Assembly: GCA_951406725.2 (NCBI GenBank)
Contig: OX597838.1
Span: 7,626,001 to 7,690,000 of the forward strand
Direction of reading: 5' to 3'
Origin: Octopus vulgaris
Lineage: Eukaryota
Length of the DNA stretch: 64,000 bases
Shown here piece by piece: positions 27,663 through 40,677 of the stretch. The notes below the pieces were generated by a model. The model searched no databases. It saw only the letters and a list, made by a program, of their open reading frames with translations, and was not told where the DNA came from. Within the stretch, counting starts at the first letter, position 1. Each line of letters opens with the position of its first letter. The position numbers were made by a program, and so were the translations under genes.

Positions 27663-27900
27663 CTAACGATCGCAAGACCGTGGTTTCAATCACTGGACCG
27701 GATTGTGTGTCGTGTTCTTGTGCAACAAACTTCATGTCACGTTGCTCCGCCTTCGCTTCGGCATGTAACGTAGGGTACACCGTGAGCGCCTGTTCAGGAA
27801 ACGTCGATGGAAAGCGTGAACTAACGTGCGGCACGAACATTTCGTCACTAGGGGGGGGACAAACCCTTTCTGCAGGTCGTTCAGCAAGAAACTGTACAAC
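27663..27900 (+). mobile_element. SINE family C relative
   Basis: CGATCGCAAGACCGTGGTTTCAATC..GGACCGG..TGTTCTTGTGCAA..ACTTCAT is shared with the 34742 copy. Confidence 0.65.
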
Positions 27901-27904
27901 CAGC

Positions 27905-27935
<31 letters not shown>

Positions 27936-27946
27936 CTACTACTACA

Positions 27947-28073
<127 letters not shown>

Positions 28074-29828
28074 CTTTTCTACTCCAGGCACAGGGCACAA
28101 AATTTTTGGGGAAGGGGCCGGTTGATTAGATCGACTCCAGTAGGCAACTGGTACTTAATTTTTCTCGTACAACGAGAGACTACCGAGGTGTGTATGCATG
28201 TGCGTGAGTGTATATGTGTATGTGTGCGCATGCGTACAAGTATGAATAGGAAAACCATTTCCTGTTTAACATACTTAACCCGTGTGTATCATAGATAAGC
28301 TAAAACCCCATTCCCTTTTCCTCCCACACCCCTGCTAAATATTCAGTGGCATCTCCCATTATCACTGCTCTTTATAAATGTGTTCCCGGTTTTAATCCTG
28401 CCCCAGTAATTTTCCATAACCCCCACTTTTCTCCTCCTGTAAATATTTCGCTGATACCCCGTTTCTCCCTTCACTGCAATTACCGAAGATTTCCCCAATT
28501 TAACTTCCATACAAGGTACTCCTCCATATAATTCTCCGCTTCAGTACCTGTTACTCTTTAATTAGTATTTGCTTCATTATTGTTTCAATTCTCATTCTAA
28601 TTATCCGTCCCTCACACTCTGTTTTACCCTATCCAATAAACCCCACCCTCACCTCCATCCCACATCCCATTCTCCAAAGGAGAGATTCACCAAATTTTAT
28701 TTTTCCTGACGTTATCATCTTACTTCAATGAACATCGATTCCCTCTTCACCATTATTCCAACGAATGTCCAAAAACTGCCCTCACATTCGTTTCCTCTTC
28801 AATGCATTTGGGTCTGCCTTTCCCACTCGCTATTGCCCTCTTCCATTTACCATTTCCTTCTAACCAATCCTTGAACTTGCCCTCTCTCTCTCTCTCTCTC
28901 TCTCTCCACACTCAACCACACACACACAGACACACACAAACACACACATTCCTGAATCTCCATCGAATTCCTTAATCCATCTTTCACTTTCCTTACGCCC
29001 AATCACAGTCTGCCACCCATTTCTGCTCCCTATTTTCCAAATCGTGGCCCCTTCATTCCCTCATTCCCTCACCCACTCACTTCTGCTTGATGCTGTTCAA
29101 TGTCTGCTCCACTCCCTCCGCTTCTTATTGCCCAATCAAACTGTTATGTTAAACTCCGGTACCTCCTCACTTATTTTAGCCCCTTTAATTACTTTCGCTA
29201 CACCAAATTTAGACAACTCCCACTTCACACCTCTCTCCAAATCCTGATCATATCCACCATTCCTCTCCCTCTATTTTCTCTTTCACCCCACCTCTGTCTT
29301 TCTTCTCCCTATTCTCTCTCATTCTGCCTCTCTCTCTATCACTCTATCACATTCCCTCTTTACTGTATTTCTCTCTCCCTCATTCGCCCGATCTCTTAAA
29401 TGTTTCTCCTCCATCCTCTATTTTCTCTTCATTTACAATAAATCACCATTTTCTTCCTTCTTCTGGTCCAATACTCTACGCGAACCTTCTTTCTTCATGT
29501 CTCATGGTCTTTTATATACCTTCGTAAAAGCCGCGCAATCGCAGCTCGAACCCACGCCACCACTCTAATCTCGTACCATTTCTCGTCACGTGTCGCAGTC
29601 TCGTTGTTCTAATGTCGAAAATCAAATCCGCAGAACTGAACAAGAAAATTGACAGGTGATGAAAATTTGATGCCATCGGATCGAAAATTAATTAAAGCCT
29701 AGGAATCGAACATGAGCATCACCACCACCACGACAACAACAAGAACAACCACTACTACTGCTGCTTTTCCCGTTGCTTCTTCTGCTCTAGAGAGCAGCAT
29801 TGCTTGTTGGACAGTACTAATTTGGCAA

Positions 29829-29989
29829 GGCTCAGGAGTGGCTGTGTGGTAAGTAGCTTGCTTATCAACGACATGGTTCCCGGTTCAGTCCCACTGCGTG
29901 ACATCTAGGGCAAGTGTCTTCTGCTATAGCCTTGGGCCGACCAAAGCCTTGTAAAAGGATTTGGTAGACGGAAACTGAAAAAGCCTGTC

Positions 29990-30061
<72 letters not shown>

Positions 30062-30288
30062 TTGTGTGTATGTGTGTGTGTCTTTGTTTATCCCCCTGGC
30101 ATTGCTTGACAACCGATGCCTGTGTATTTACGTCCCCGTAACTTAGCGGTTCGGTAAGAGAGACCGATAGAATATGTACTAGGCTTACAAAGAATAAGTC
30201 CTGGGGTCGATTTGCTCGACTAAAGGCGGTGCTCCAGCATGGCCGCAGTCAAATGACTGAAACAAGTAAAAGAGTAAATAGTAAAGAG
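29829..30288 (+). mobile_element. SINE family B, full length
   Basis: Co-linear with 35017-35437, with an expanded internal (TA)n. Confidence 0.9.
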
Positions 30289-30799
30289 TGTTACATTTTT
30301 TTTTCGGTGTCGTAGAAGTCGGGAAGAGGCAGGAAGAGAGAGAGGGAGAGTGAGTGAGTAAATAAAACGGCATGGGTTTTTTTTAAAATAGCTTCGTAAA
30401 CATTTGGCATCTGGTTCGATTCCGATACGCGACATCTTTGATTTCACAGTTTCGCCAAGATTTAGCTGCGCCGCGGAAGCTTTTCTAAAATTCATTGTCC
30501 TTTTGTGACCCTCTCTCCTTCTCACTCTTTAAATCTCTCTATCTCTCTTTCTCTCTCTCTCTTCTTCTCTTTCTCTCCTTCTCTCTCTCACTCTCTTTCT
30601 ATTGCGACGATGTGGGCCCCCATTACAACGAGGCTTTTGCGTCCAATGTAATGAAGGACCGCACCTCTTATATATATCGGGCCCTAACACCCACATAAAG
30701 CATCACAATAAATTCGTTCGGTTTGCCTCGCCCTTCTCATGCAACGTCAAGACTTGTGAGCGAAGGATATTAGTTAACAAACACCTCACACAGTCTCAT

Positions 30800-31975
30800 A
30801 GATACCTGCATGCAGGGGTTAACAATGAGTGCCCATTGGTGGTGAGGGTCGATGTAGATCCAAATTCTATGAGGCTGAGATGGCGAACGGTAGGGGCGAG
30901 TGCAGCAGCAGCGTTGACAGAAACAACACCATCAATGGCCGCAGCAATTACAGCAGCAGCACGACAGGAAACAGCTCTGCTTCGACAGTAATAACAACAA
31001 CTACAACTACTGCACCAGCAATTGCTCCGTTATTTACCTAGGCAGCAGCTGCGACAACCCCTCCGTGTCACGTCCAGTAATGATCATCATCATCATTGTT
31101 CGACCGTGGTCGAGACAATGGAATTTACCATGCTACGCCAGACTTCACGGTCCATCATGGCATTACGGAGGTCCTGTTGGTGGATGCCTGTATCCCTGGA
31201 GATTACATCAGGGTAGGAGAGTGTGTGCCCTCTGGTATTGCGAGTAGATGGCTTCCAGAGGAGAAGAGTAGAAATTGCCTCATTTTCAGCTCTACATCAA
31301 TGTCCAGCAAACTGGACTCTCCTACCTTTCACAAGAGATCACACAGGTGGTAGTTTCCCCATATATTTGCATTTTGGTTGGATGGCGCTTCCACGAGAGA
31401 TTTTGAGCTCTCATAAGGAGGCAAGTGTAGGTTCCATCCAGCCGCCTCTCAAGCTTCTTTGATAACGTCCAGGTTTCTGAGCCATATAGTAGAATTGGTT
31501 CGACTGTGGCTTTGAAGATTTCAAGTTTGAAGTCTCAGTAATGATAGTAACGACAGCAGGGATCCCAGCACCACCACAAACACCAGCAACGGGTCCATAA
31601 GGGACAACACCAACGGCGATAACGACGGCAATAATAACAGCTACAACACCATCAGCGCAAGGGCATTGACATGGAAATATTTGGGATCTAGAGGCGGCCG
31701 ATTCAAGCATCATTTTAGCAATCACAGGTCATCCACTACGATACCAGAGCGGCGCAACATCACGTAGCTGACTGGCTACGTATGAAATTCAAAAAGGAGT
31801 GTACGCCACACATAATAAGTGGCAGCTCTTAGAGCAACTGAGCCAGTACCGTTGCTTGGCCGAAAGAGCAAGAACCCCGAAAAACTCACTTGGCCCAGGA
31901 CCAAAAAAGAAATGTGCATCCAGTGCCTCCATCAGACGGAATTCGTGTTGGGAAACATGAAATTCCCCATTTGCT
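30800..31975 (+). pseudogene. decayed coding-like island, possibly ORF1 of a non-LTR retrotransposon
   Basis: Unique GC-richer DNA with several overlapping broken frames, a Ser/Thr/Ala-rich start and NWTLLP / NWFDCGFE peptides. Multiple stops. Confidence 0.3.
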
Positions 31976-31980
31976 GACAA

Positions 31981-32336
31981 ACTGCGTGGCAACTTGGGCA
32001 AGTATCTTCTACTATAGCCTCGGGCCGACCAAAGCTTTGTGAGTGGATTTGGTAGACGGAAACGGAAAGAAGCCCGTCGTATATGTATATATATATATGT
32101 ATATATATATGTATGTGAGTGCATATGCTTGTGTATCTGTGTTTGTCCCCGCAACATCGCTTGACAACCGATGTTGGTGTGTTTACGTCCCCGTAATTTA
32201 GCGGTTCGGTAAAAGCCGCCGATTGAATAAGTACTAGGCTTCAAAAGAATAAGTCCTGAGGTCGATTAGTTCCACTAAAAGCGGTGCTCCAGCATGGCCC
32301 CAGTCAAATGACTGAAACGAGTAAATGAGTAAATGA

Positions 32337-32338
<2 letters not shown>
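31981..32338 (+). mobile_element. SINE family B, 5'-truncated
   Basis: Starts at ACTGCGTGGC and ends in the GAGTAAAT tail. Confidence 0.9.
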
Positions 32339-32381
<43 letters not shown>

Positions 32382-32466
32382 TTAAAGACAAAACCACTAT
32401 TTTGCAAAACAAACAAGGAAAGACTTAATCAATACATAAAATTTTAATAAAAAGTCAAAAAAACCG

Positions 32467-32509
32467 CCACTACAATTGTTTCTTGTCCTGATCGACAATC
32501 TTCAGGTGG
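32467..32509 (-). ncRNA. mirror copy of the hammerhead ribozyme
   Basis: Exact reverse complement of 32578-32620. Confidence 0.85.
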
Positions 32510-32577
32510 ACTTCCAATTTACAAGTCAGTTTCAAATTATGACTTCATAATTTGAAACTGACTTGTAAATTGGAAGT

Positions 32578-32620
32578 CCACCTGAAGATTGTCGATCAGG
32601 ACAAGAAACAATTGTAGTGG
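32578..32620 (+). ncRNA. minimal type I hammerhead ribozyme
   Basis: CCAC-CTGAAGA-TTGTC(gatcag)GACAA-GAAAC-AATT-GTA-GTGG: stem I, canonical core, stem II, minimal palindromic stem III and a GUA cleavage triplet. Confidence 0.85.
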
Positions 32621-32792
32621 CGGTTTTTTTGACTTTTTATTAAAATTTTATGTATTGATTAAGTCTTTCCTTGTTTGTTTTGCAAAATAGTGGTTTTGTC
32701 TTTAATAATATTATATAATATTTTACTATAAAATTGGATTTAATCCTAAATCTGATTTTTTCCCTGTAAATTTGGATTTATTCCCTAATATT

Positions 32793-32844
<52 letters not shown>

Positions 32845-32848
<4 letters not shown>

Positions 32849-33005
32849 AGAGTTTACGAAATAAAACAAAAGACGAAGGCAGGCGGTGTACAAAACAAGC
32901 AGATGTATTAGTATAACGCTCAGGAATAGAAAAAGTCTTTCACGCTTCGATCCTACGCTCTTCTACAGAAAAGAACACAGAAAAACAAGGAGAGAAAAGA
33001 TGTGT
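32845..33005 (-). mobile_element. PLE-like terminal repeat with degraded hammerhead-like motif
   Basis: Reverse complement of 39120-39233 plus 39540-39594. Ends AACTCTCCC next to (TA)n. Confidence 0.65.
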
Positions 33006-33515
33006 ATATATATATATATATATAGATAGATAGATAGTTAGATAGGTACACAGATAGATAGATATATGCGTGTGTATATGTATATGTATATATGCGCGTG
33101 CGTATACGTGTGGCCCACATAGTTAGGTATGTTTGAGGTATCGGGCAACACTTTTCCTGATATTAACTTTGTTAATACGTTACTGTGTAGAATAATTTTT
33201 ACATTGAAATAATTTTTAATAAGAAACGAATACAGAATTAATAAACAAATATTTGATTTCCTGAAAAAATATTTGATAACAGTGAGTGTAACGATCTAGT
33301 CATGTTTGCTGCGATGGACTCGGTCTGTTTTCGCACACTCACAAGCAAATAGCTGTCGATTTTTTATGTATGTATGTAAATATGTATATATGTATCTATG
33401 TATATATGTATCTATGTAATGTGTGTATGTATTATGTGTGTGTGTGTATGTACGTACGTACGTATGTATATATATCTCTCTTTGTCTATCAAACTATCAC
33501 TCTCTTTCTCTATCC

Positions 33516-33552
<37 letters not shown>

Positions 33553-33610
33553 ATCTCTCTCTCTATCTATCTACCTATCTATCTCTCTGTCTGTCTCTGT
33601 CTCTCTCTCG

Positions 33611-33662
<52 letters not shown>

Positions 33663-33816
33663 ATATATATATATATATTTGTCTGTCTATGTGGCACTCT
33701 ACCCATCTATGTCTCTCTTCTCTCTCTCTCTCTCTCTTTGTACATATATATATATATATATATGTCTGTCTGTCTATCTATGTGGCTCTCTACCTATCTA
33801 TGTGTGTGTGTGTGTG

Positions 33817-33871
<55 letters not shown>

Positions 33872-34101
33872 TTCTATCTGCCTACCTACCCACCTACCCA
33901 TCAATATATCCGCCTGAGAATTTCTCTTATTCTAACCCTGTTGCAGATTTCTCCTTTTCCGTTTTTTTACTTTTCTCTCTTAAATACCGGTGATTGCATT
34001 AATATTTCAATTTCAATCTACCTCCTCCATTTTTTTCTGTCTTTCTCCACCACATACTCCCCCTCTCCCCTCCCGCTCTCTCTCTATCTCTATCTCTCTT
34101 T

Positions 34102-34138
<37 letters not shown>

Positions 34139-34694
34139 CTTTCTCGCCTTTCTTCCACTTTGTCTCTTCTCCCTCCTCCTTTAAATACTGTAACAATGGC
34201 AAAAAGTTTGTTTACGTATAATTCAAAATTTCTCCTACCGCAAGTCCTACGGATAAATTGTATAATAAAGGAAAATGTGAGTCTGAAATATCTTAGAACA
34301 GGAAATTAAAAACAAACCAGGCAAACAAACAGAAACAATCGCGTATAATACATACAAAAATGAGAGAAATTAAACAATATGAGCGAGGCGTTAAAACGTT
34401 GTACGTTTTCTTGTTTTAGGTTTTTCAGACTCTCAGATATTAAGTTTAAGTCGTCTTCCTCATATAAACAATAGCGCTTAATGGAGAGTGTAAATCTCAG
34501 CTATGTTTTCGTGAATTGCCAAAAGGACAAAGGTGGATACTTTAAGATGGCGATATTACAACATAAGTATATGATGAAAACTATAGGCAATTCAAAACGA
34601 GCTATATATATATATATATTAGGTTTTAATATTAAATATATTCTAATCTGTTTCATATACATGATGTGTAAGTGCCTGTATGTATGTATGTATG

Positions 34695-34741
<47 letters not shown>

Positions 34742-34743
<2 letters not shown>

Positions 34744-34965
34744 GGAGCGTAGTTTAGTGGTTAGGGTATTACTTTTATGATTGCGAGATCGGAGGTTCGA
34801 TTCCCAGACCGGGCGATGCGTTGTGTTCTTGTGCAAAGCACTTCATTTCACATTGCTCTGCGATCATTTCGTCGTCTGACATGTGGAGTATGGTGCACCT
34901 GTACAGGTAATGTCAATTTCATGGAGGGAGTGAGCTTACGTGTACACAGACATTTGATCACTATA
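34742..34965 (+). mobile_element. SINE family C with tRNA-like head
   Basis: TAGTTTAGTGGTTAGG (A box) and GGTTCGATTCC (B box) followed by a non-tRNA body. Confidence 0.75.
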
Positions 34966-35016
34966 AACGAATCATACATCGTCTAACGGCTGGAGAGTCA
35001 ATAATATATATATATA

Positions 35017-35435
35017 GGCGCAGGAGTGGCTGTATGGTAAGTAGCTTGTCTACCAACCACATGGTTCCAGGTTCAGTCCCACTGCGTGGCACCTTGGGCA
35101 AGTGTCTCCTACTATAGCCTCGGGCCGACCAATGCCTTGTGAGTGGATTTGGTAGACGGAAACTGAAAGAAGCCCGTCGTATATATGTATATATATATAT
35201 ATATATATGCGTGTGTGTGTTTGTGTGTCTGTGTTTGTACCCTAGCATTGCTTGACAACCGATGCTGGTGTGTTTATGTCCCCGTCACTTAGCGGTTCTG
35301 CAAAAAAACCGATAGAATAAGTACTGGGCTTACAAAAGAATAAGTCCCGGGGTCGAGTTGCTCGATTAAAGGCGGTGCTCAAGCATGGCCGCAGTCAAAT
35401 GACTGAAACAAATAAAAGAGTAAAAGAGTAAAAGA

Positions 35436-35437
<2 letters not shown>
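35017..35437 (+). mobile_element. SINE family B, full length
   Basis: GGCGCAGGAGTGGCTGTATGG (A box), GGTTCAGTCCC (B box), internal (TA)n(TG)n, (GTAAAAGA)n tail. Confidence 0.9.
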
Positions 35438-35510
<73 letters not shown>

Positions 35511-35812
35511 GATCCATGCAAACATGTGTGCGTCTACCTGTCTGTATAGAATTCATCTAAATTTAAAAGCTAAATTTAAAAGATTTAAAAGAATCTTTTT
35601 AAATTTAACTAAATTCTATATTTTCATGCAGCTGAAGATTTCTCTACATTTTAAAACTGATGTAATACTTACATTGTTCAATTACATGGAGTCGCATGAA
35701 ACGATCGTACTGCATTACCTCTGGATATCCTTGTTGCTTATTTTGATTACATATATATATATATATGTGTGTGTGCGTGTGTGTGTGTTTGTGTATGTGT
35801 GTGTGTGTATAC

Positions 35813-35882
<70 letters not shown>

Positions 35883-36969
35883 TCTAGTGTACATAACGGA
35901 ACCGATATCGCCATAGTAGTTACTCTCAAAACTAATCACCGCCGTCTCAACTTGACGTTTGAGCTTACAATTAGCTTCCATGTTGACACCAACCAGAGCA
36001 GATCAGCGATCTTTTCGAGATGCAAATTGATCGTGCTGATAATGTAAAACCTGACATTTCTTTAGAGCGTTAATATGCTTTTGTGCTAACCTCACAAATA
36101 ATGTTAAGAAACTATTCTGTTTAACGGCATTTTGTCCAGTTCGACATTATTTTGTGTTTTAAAGAAAGCACGTTGTAAAATAACAGATAGAGAAACAAAA
36201 GAATTCAATTGTGATGGTAATTAAAGAATAAAAAAAAGACATTGAAATCAGATTCTAAACCATTTTTTTTTTTTTTTAATATTTATTTTTTATTCCTTTA
36301 ATTTTAATTTGAATAGCCACGGGAGAATATTCCAGGAAAATGCTGCCTTGCTTTTAGACATGTAAATTCCTTATTTTATTTTTGTTTTTGGTCTGTTTTG
36401 TAGCCGTTATTCTTTTTCCTCGTTTCCAAATTACCATCTGTTTTATGTGCAGAGAAAAGAATACCAGCTCTATCTAAAACGAAATAAAAGTGAGATTACA
36501 ACAGAGCATAGGTGGTGGTTTTCGAAGCATACTGTGGCCCGAGGAGAACAATTCTTACTTCTTGTGAGATGGTAGCAGGAAGTAAGAATTCCCGTAACTA
36601 AATGTGGCCGAAATACCATTGGCTACTTAGCTGCAAGCAAATAACAATGGAACAGGAAATTATAATTATGTTTATTATTTTTATCTTTAAAGTACATACG
36701 TTGAAGTTCCAACAAACACCTGCTCATTGGTTTGCACATACAAACACACACACACACACATTTTTATTTGTGTGTGTGTAACGTAAGTTTAGAAAAAAAA
36801 AAACATTGGTTTCAAATCTAGCGTGAACTAGACATCTCTTCAGTCTCTGTAAACGATAATTTTTTTCTGTAATGGATGTTTGTTTCAAAATACAAAAATC
36901 CCACAGTGCGCCAGGCAAAAATAGCCTCAAACGGAAGCAGCACAAATATCAATAGCATCAATGCCAACG

Positions 36970-37190
36970 TAGGGACAAACAAAAATTTATGTCGGATCTT
37001 GTGAAACCAAATTTAAAGTTTGCCTGAACAACCATAGAAAGACGCTCCACAACAACAATTGCAGCATACGTATGGCGCCTAAACGACGATCATACGTCCT
37101 TTAATATCAGGTGGAAATTATTGGAAACTTTAGGCCCCTATCGTAATGGAACAAGACTGTGTAAATTGTATTTGGTAGAAAGATTAAGAG
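36970..37190 (+). mobile_element. Penelope-like GIY-YIG endonuclease fragment (Naiad-like)
   Basis: KIYVGSCETKFKVCLNNHRKT / TIAAYVWRLND..FNIRWKLL..PYRNGTRLCKLYLVERL matches the YIG..F..H..YIW.L..I.W..PY..C.LC..E pattern, with one frameshift. Confidence 0.75.
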
Positions 37191-37462
37191 TTCTCGCCAT
37201 AGCCACAAGTACGATGAAGATGGCTCTTCGTTCCCGTTTCAAGGAAGGAGGCGCGATAATATTCACGAACGACTCGGTTGATAAACCGACTCATCCCACA
37301 CGCGATAGCAGTCGTTCGACATAGGCCCAAAGATCGGAAAGGGTTGGACACTGTACGAGTGTGTGCAGGACGGTTTCGTCGCTCTGACTGCATCTCGAGC
37401 CATGTCTGTAGAGCTTATCCCGAAAGGGTAGCTCTTCTCGATAGCCCTGCCAGGCCAGAGGT
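37190..37462 (-). mobile_element. second, older fragment of the Tx1-like LINE
   Basis: [49 protein letters not shown], homologous to 14333-14520. Confidence 0.85.
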
Positions 37463-38003
37463 CTATCTATCTATAGATAGATAGATAGATGTTGTTGATG
37501 TTGAAATTTCAATGAAGAATCCCTGGATCTAGGTTAGAAACTGGCTTTCTCTATTGGCAAGAAATCTTGAAACAAAATCAACAGTAACATACACGCGCAT
37601 ACACACAAACATAAATATATGCATACATACCTAGAGACTATATACCAAACACAAACTACAGCACATGTCAAGTGGCCTATACGTTACGTTGTCGTATTCA
37701 GTAACACATGAAACAAATTAACATGTTATACGATCGAAGAAAAATCAAATTTAGACTTTGGAATTTATCACTCACAGAATGGAATTGAAGTTTTCGCTAT
37801 CAGTGATTATTTGATGAAATATAAGCTGTAAAGTTGGAAAATTTGGCGCACTGCAGACATGTTGTTATTTTCTCGCTTTGATATCCGTGTTTGTATGTTT
37901 GTTTTTCTTGTACAGAAATTGTATTATGTGGAAAATAAACTTGTTTAGGTGTAAAATTATGTAATTTCTGTCCCGCTTAGTATTTAAATGTGCAAACATA
38001 TAT

Positions 38004-38066
<63 letters not shown>

Positions 38067-38181
38067 ACTATCTTTCCCCCTATATATAAATATATATATA
38101 TGCACACATACATATTGTTTTATGTATATATGTTTATATACGCACAGACAGGCACAAACACACACACACACGCACACGTAC

Positions 38182-38216
<35 letters not shown>

Positions 38217-38319
38217 TAAACCATATGTATGTATGTATATATATATATATATATATAACATATATATATAAATATGTACATAATCTGTATACACACTCAC
38301 ACACACAAATGCACACAAA

Positions 38320-38382
<63 letters not shown>

Positions 38383-38469
38383 TTTCCTTCTTTCCTGAGC
38401 TTCCAATAATACTATATTTGTTCCACGTCCTCGCGTTGTTGTGTTTTTTGTGTTTTCTCGTTTGGATTA

Positions 38470-38617
<148 letters not shown>

Positions 38618-39089
38618 CATATTCACACGTGCGAGTCTAGGTGGGTGCATTATATGTAGGACAGTGCTCTTGCATGTTAATGTATACACACCGAATGCAA
38701 ATATATATGTGTGTGTGTGTGTGTGTTTCAGTCATTTGACTGCGGCCATGCTGGAATACTGCCTTTAGTCGATCAAATCGACCCCAGGACTTATTCTTTG
38801 TAAGCATAGTATTTATTCTATCATTCACTTTTGCAGAACCGCTTTCGTACAGGGACGTAAACACAACACCGTCGGTTGTCCAGGGATTTTTGTGGGGTTA
38901 TTCTTTGTAAGCCAAGCACTTCATCTATCGGTCTCCGGACAGCTAAATTACAAAAAACTCAGTTGTGAACTGATGGTGGGAGGACAAACATAGACACACA
39001 CACAAATATAAATATACATACACACACAACACACCTACACACACACGCACACACATACATACACACACAGTCGCGCACACACACACATC

Positions 39090-39591
39090 GCCAAGATAGA
39101 TCGTTAGCCACTAAACACATTTTTTTCTCTCGTTGTTTCTCTCCTTGTTTTTTCTGTGTTCCTTTCTGTAGAAGAGCGTAGGCTCGAAACGTAAAAGACG
39201 TTTTCTATTCCTGAGCGTTATACTAATACATCTTGAGCGAAAACAACTAAAGCTCCACGAGGCTCCGGCAGGGATGGTGGTGATCCCTGCTGTACTCTTT
39301 CACCACTACTTTCTCTCACTCTTACTTCCTGTTTCTGTTGTACCTGTATTTCAAAGGGCCTGCCTTGTCACTCTCTGTGTCACGCTGAATATCCCCGAGA
39401 ACTGCGTTAAGGGTACACGTGTCTGTGGAGTGCTCAGCCACTTACACGTTAATTTCATGAGCAGGCTGTTCCGTTGATCGGATCAACCGGAACCCTCGTC
39501 GTCGTAACCGACGGAGTGATTCCAAAAACTAATACATCTGTTTGTTTTGTCCACCATCTGTCTTTGTCTTTTGTTTTTTTTCGTTAACTCT

Positions 39592-39594
<3 letters not shown>
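39090..39594 (+). mobile_element. PLE-like terminal repeat with hammerhead-like motif (39162-39197), interrupted by a SINE
   Basis: Homologous to 32845-33005 and ends at (TA)n. Confidence 0.65.
39234..39527 (+). mobile_element. 5'-truncated SINE (family C) with 12-bp TSD
   Basis: ACTAATACATCT at 39222-39233 and 39528-39539. The body is shared with about 12060-12178. Confidence 0.85.
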
Positions 39595-39673
<79 letters not shown>

Positions 39674-39849
39674 GACGGGCTTCTTTCAGTGTCCATCTAC
39701 GTGCCCAATGTGCCACACAGTGAGACTGACGCCGGATGCACGTGGTTGGAAAAACAAGCTTCTTACCACACGGCCATTCCACCCACTATATACAAATATA
39801 TGAACGTCTCTGTATCTACATTTCTGAATGCACACACATATACACACAA

Positions 39850-39918
<69 letters not shown>

Positions 39919-40419
39919 TCTGTTTGTATTTCTGTACGTTTGAGATGCACAAACGCACACTTACAATTGTAGATAATGTCCTATGTAGAAATATACACAT
40001 GCACGCAAACATCCATGCGTGTGTGTCTTTGAGAGTGCATTTATACGCGTTTGTGTATGTTTGCACTTAAATGTACACGCTATATCAGAAGTCACATTTC
40101 ACCATTCCAATATAAACTGATAAATAAAAAAATTATCACTCACAATATATATATATATATTTATACATACATATACATGTATATGTATACATTTATGTAT
40201 GTATATACATATGTGTGTGCGTTTGTGCGTGTATATATATATATATATATGTGTGTGTATGTATGTATATATGTGTGTGTATATGTAAGTGTATATATAC
40301 ACTCGCATAGAATCATGTATACACACACGTAGAACCATGTATGTATATACATTGAATATATATTTATGTTTATATATATACATATCTATGTAGGTATGTA
40401 TATTGGTATATATATATTC

Positions 40420-40466
<47 letters not shown>

Positions 40467-40548
40467 CACACACACTCGCACGTTATATATATATGCATAT
40501 ATATTTATGATATATAAGGAAACTCACATAGATGTACATACATATACT

Positions 40549-40602
<54 letters not shown>

Positions 40603-40646
40603 TTGATAGATAGATAGATATATACATACATACATACATACATACA

Positions 40647-40677
<31 letters not shown>

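Larger units (their letters stand above)
32370..32795. mobile_element. Penelope-like pLTR remnant forming a palindrome (arms 32370-32542 and 32545-32717)
   Basis: Arms of about 173 bp with no mismatch seen, a 2-nt spacer (CT), a hammerhead in each arm, and (TA)n flanks. Confidence 0.8.

Noticed and set aside
34742-34815. tRNA gene
   Set aside because: It is a degenerate SINE head that continues into a repeat body, with no intact cloverleaf.
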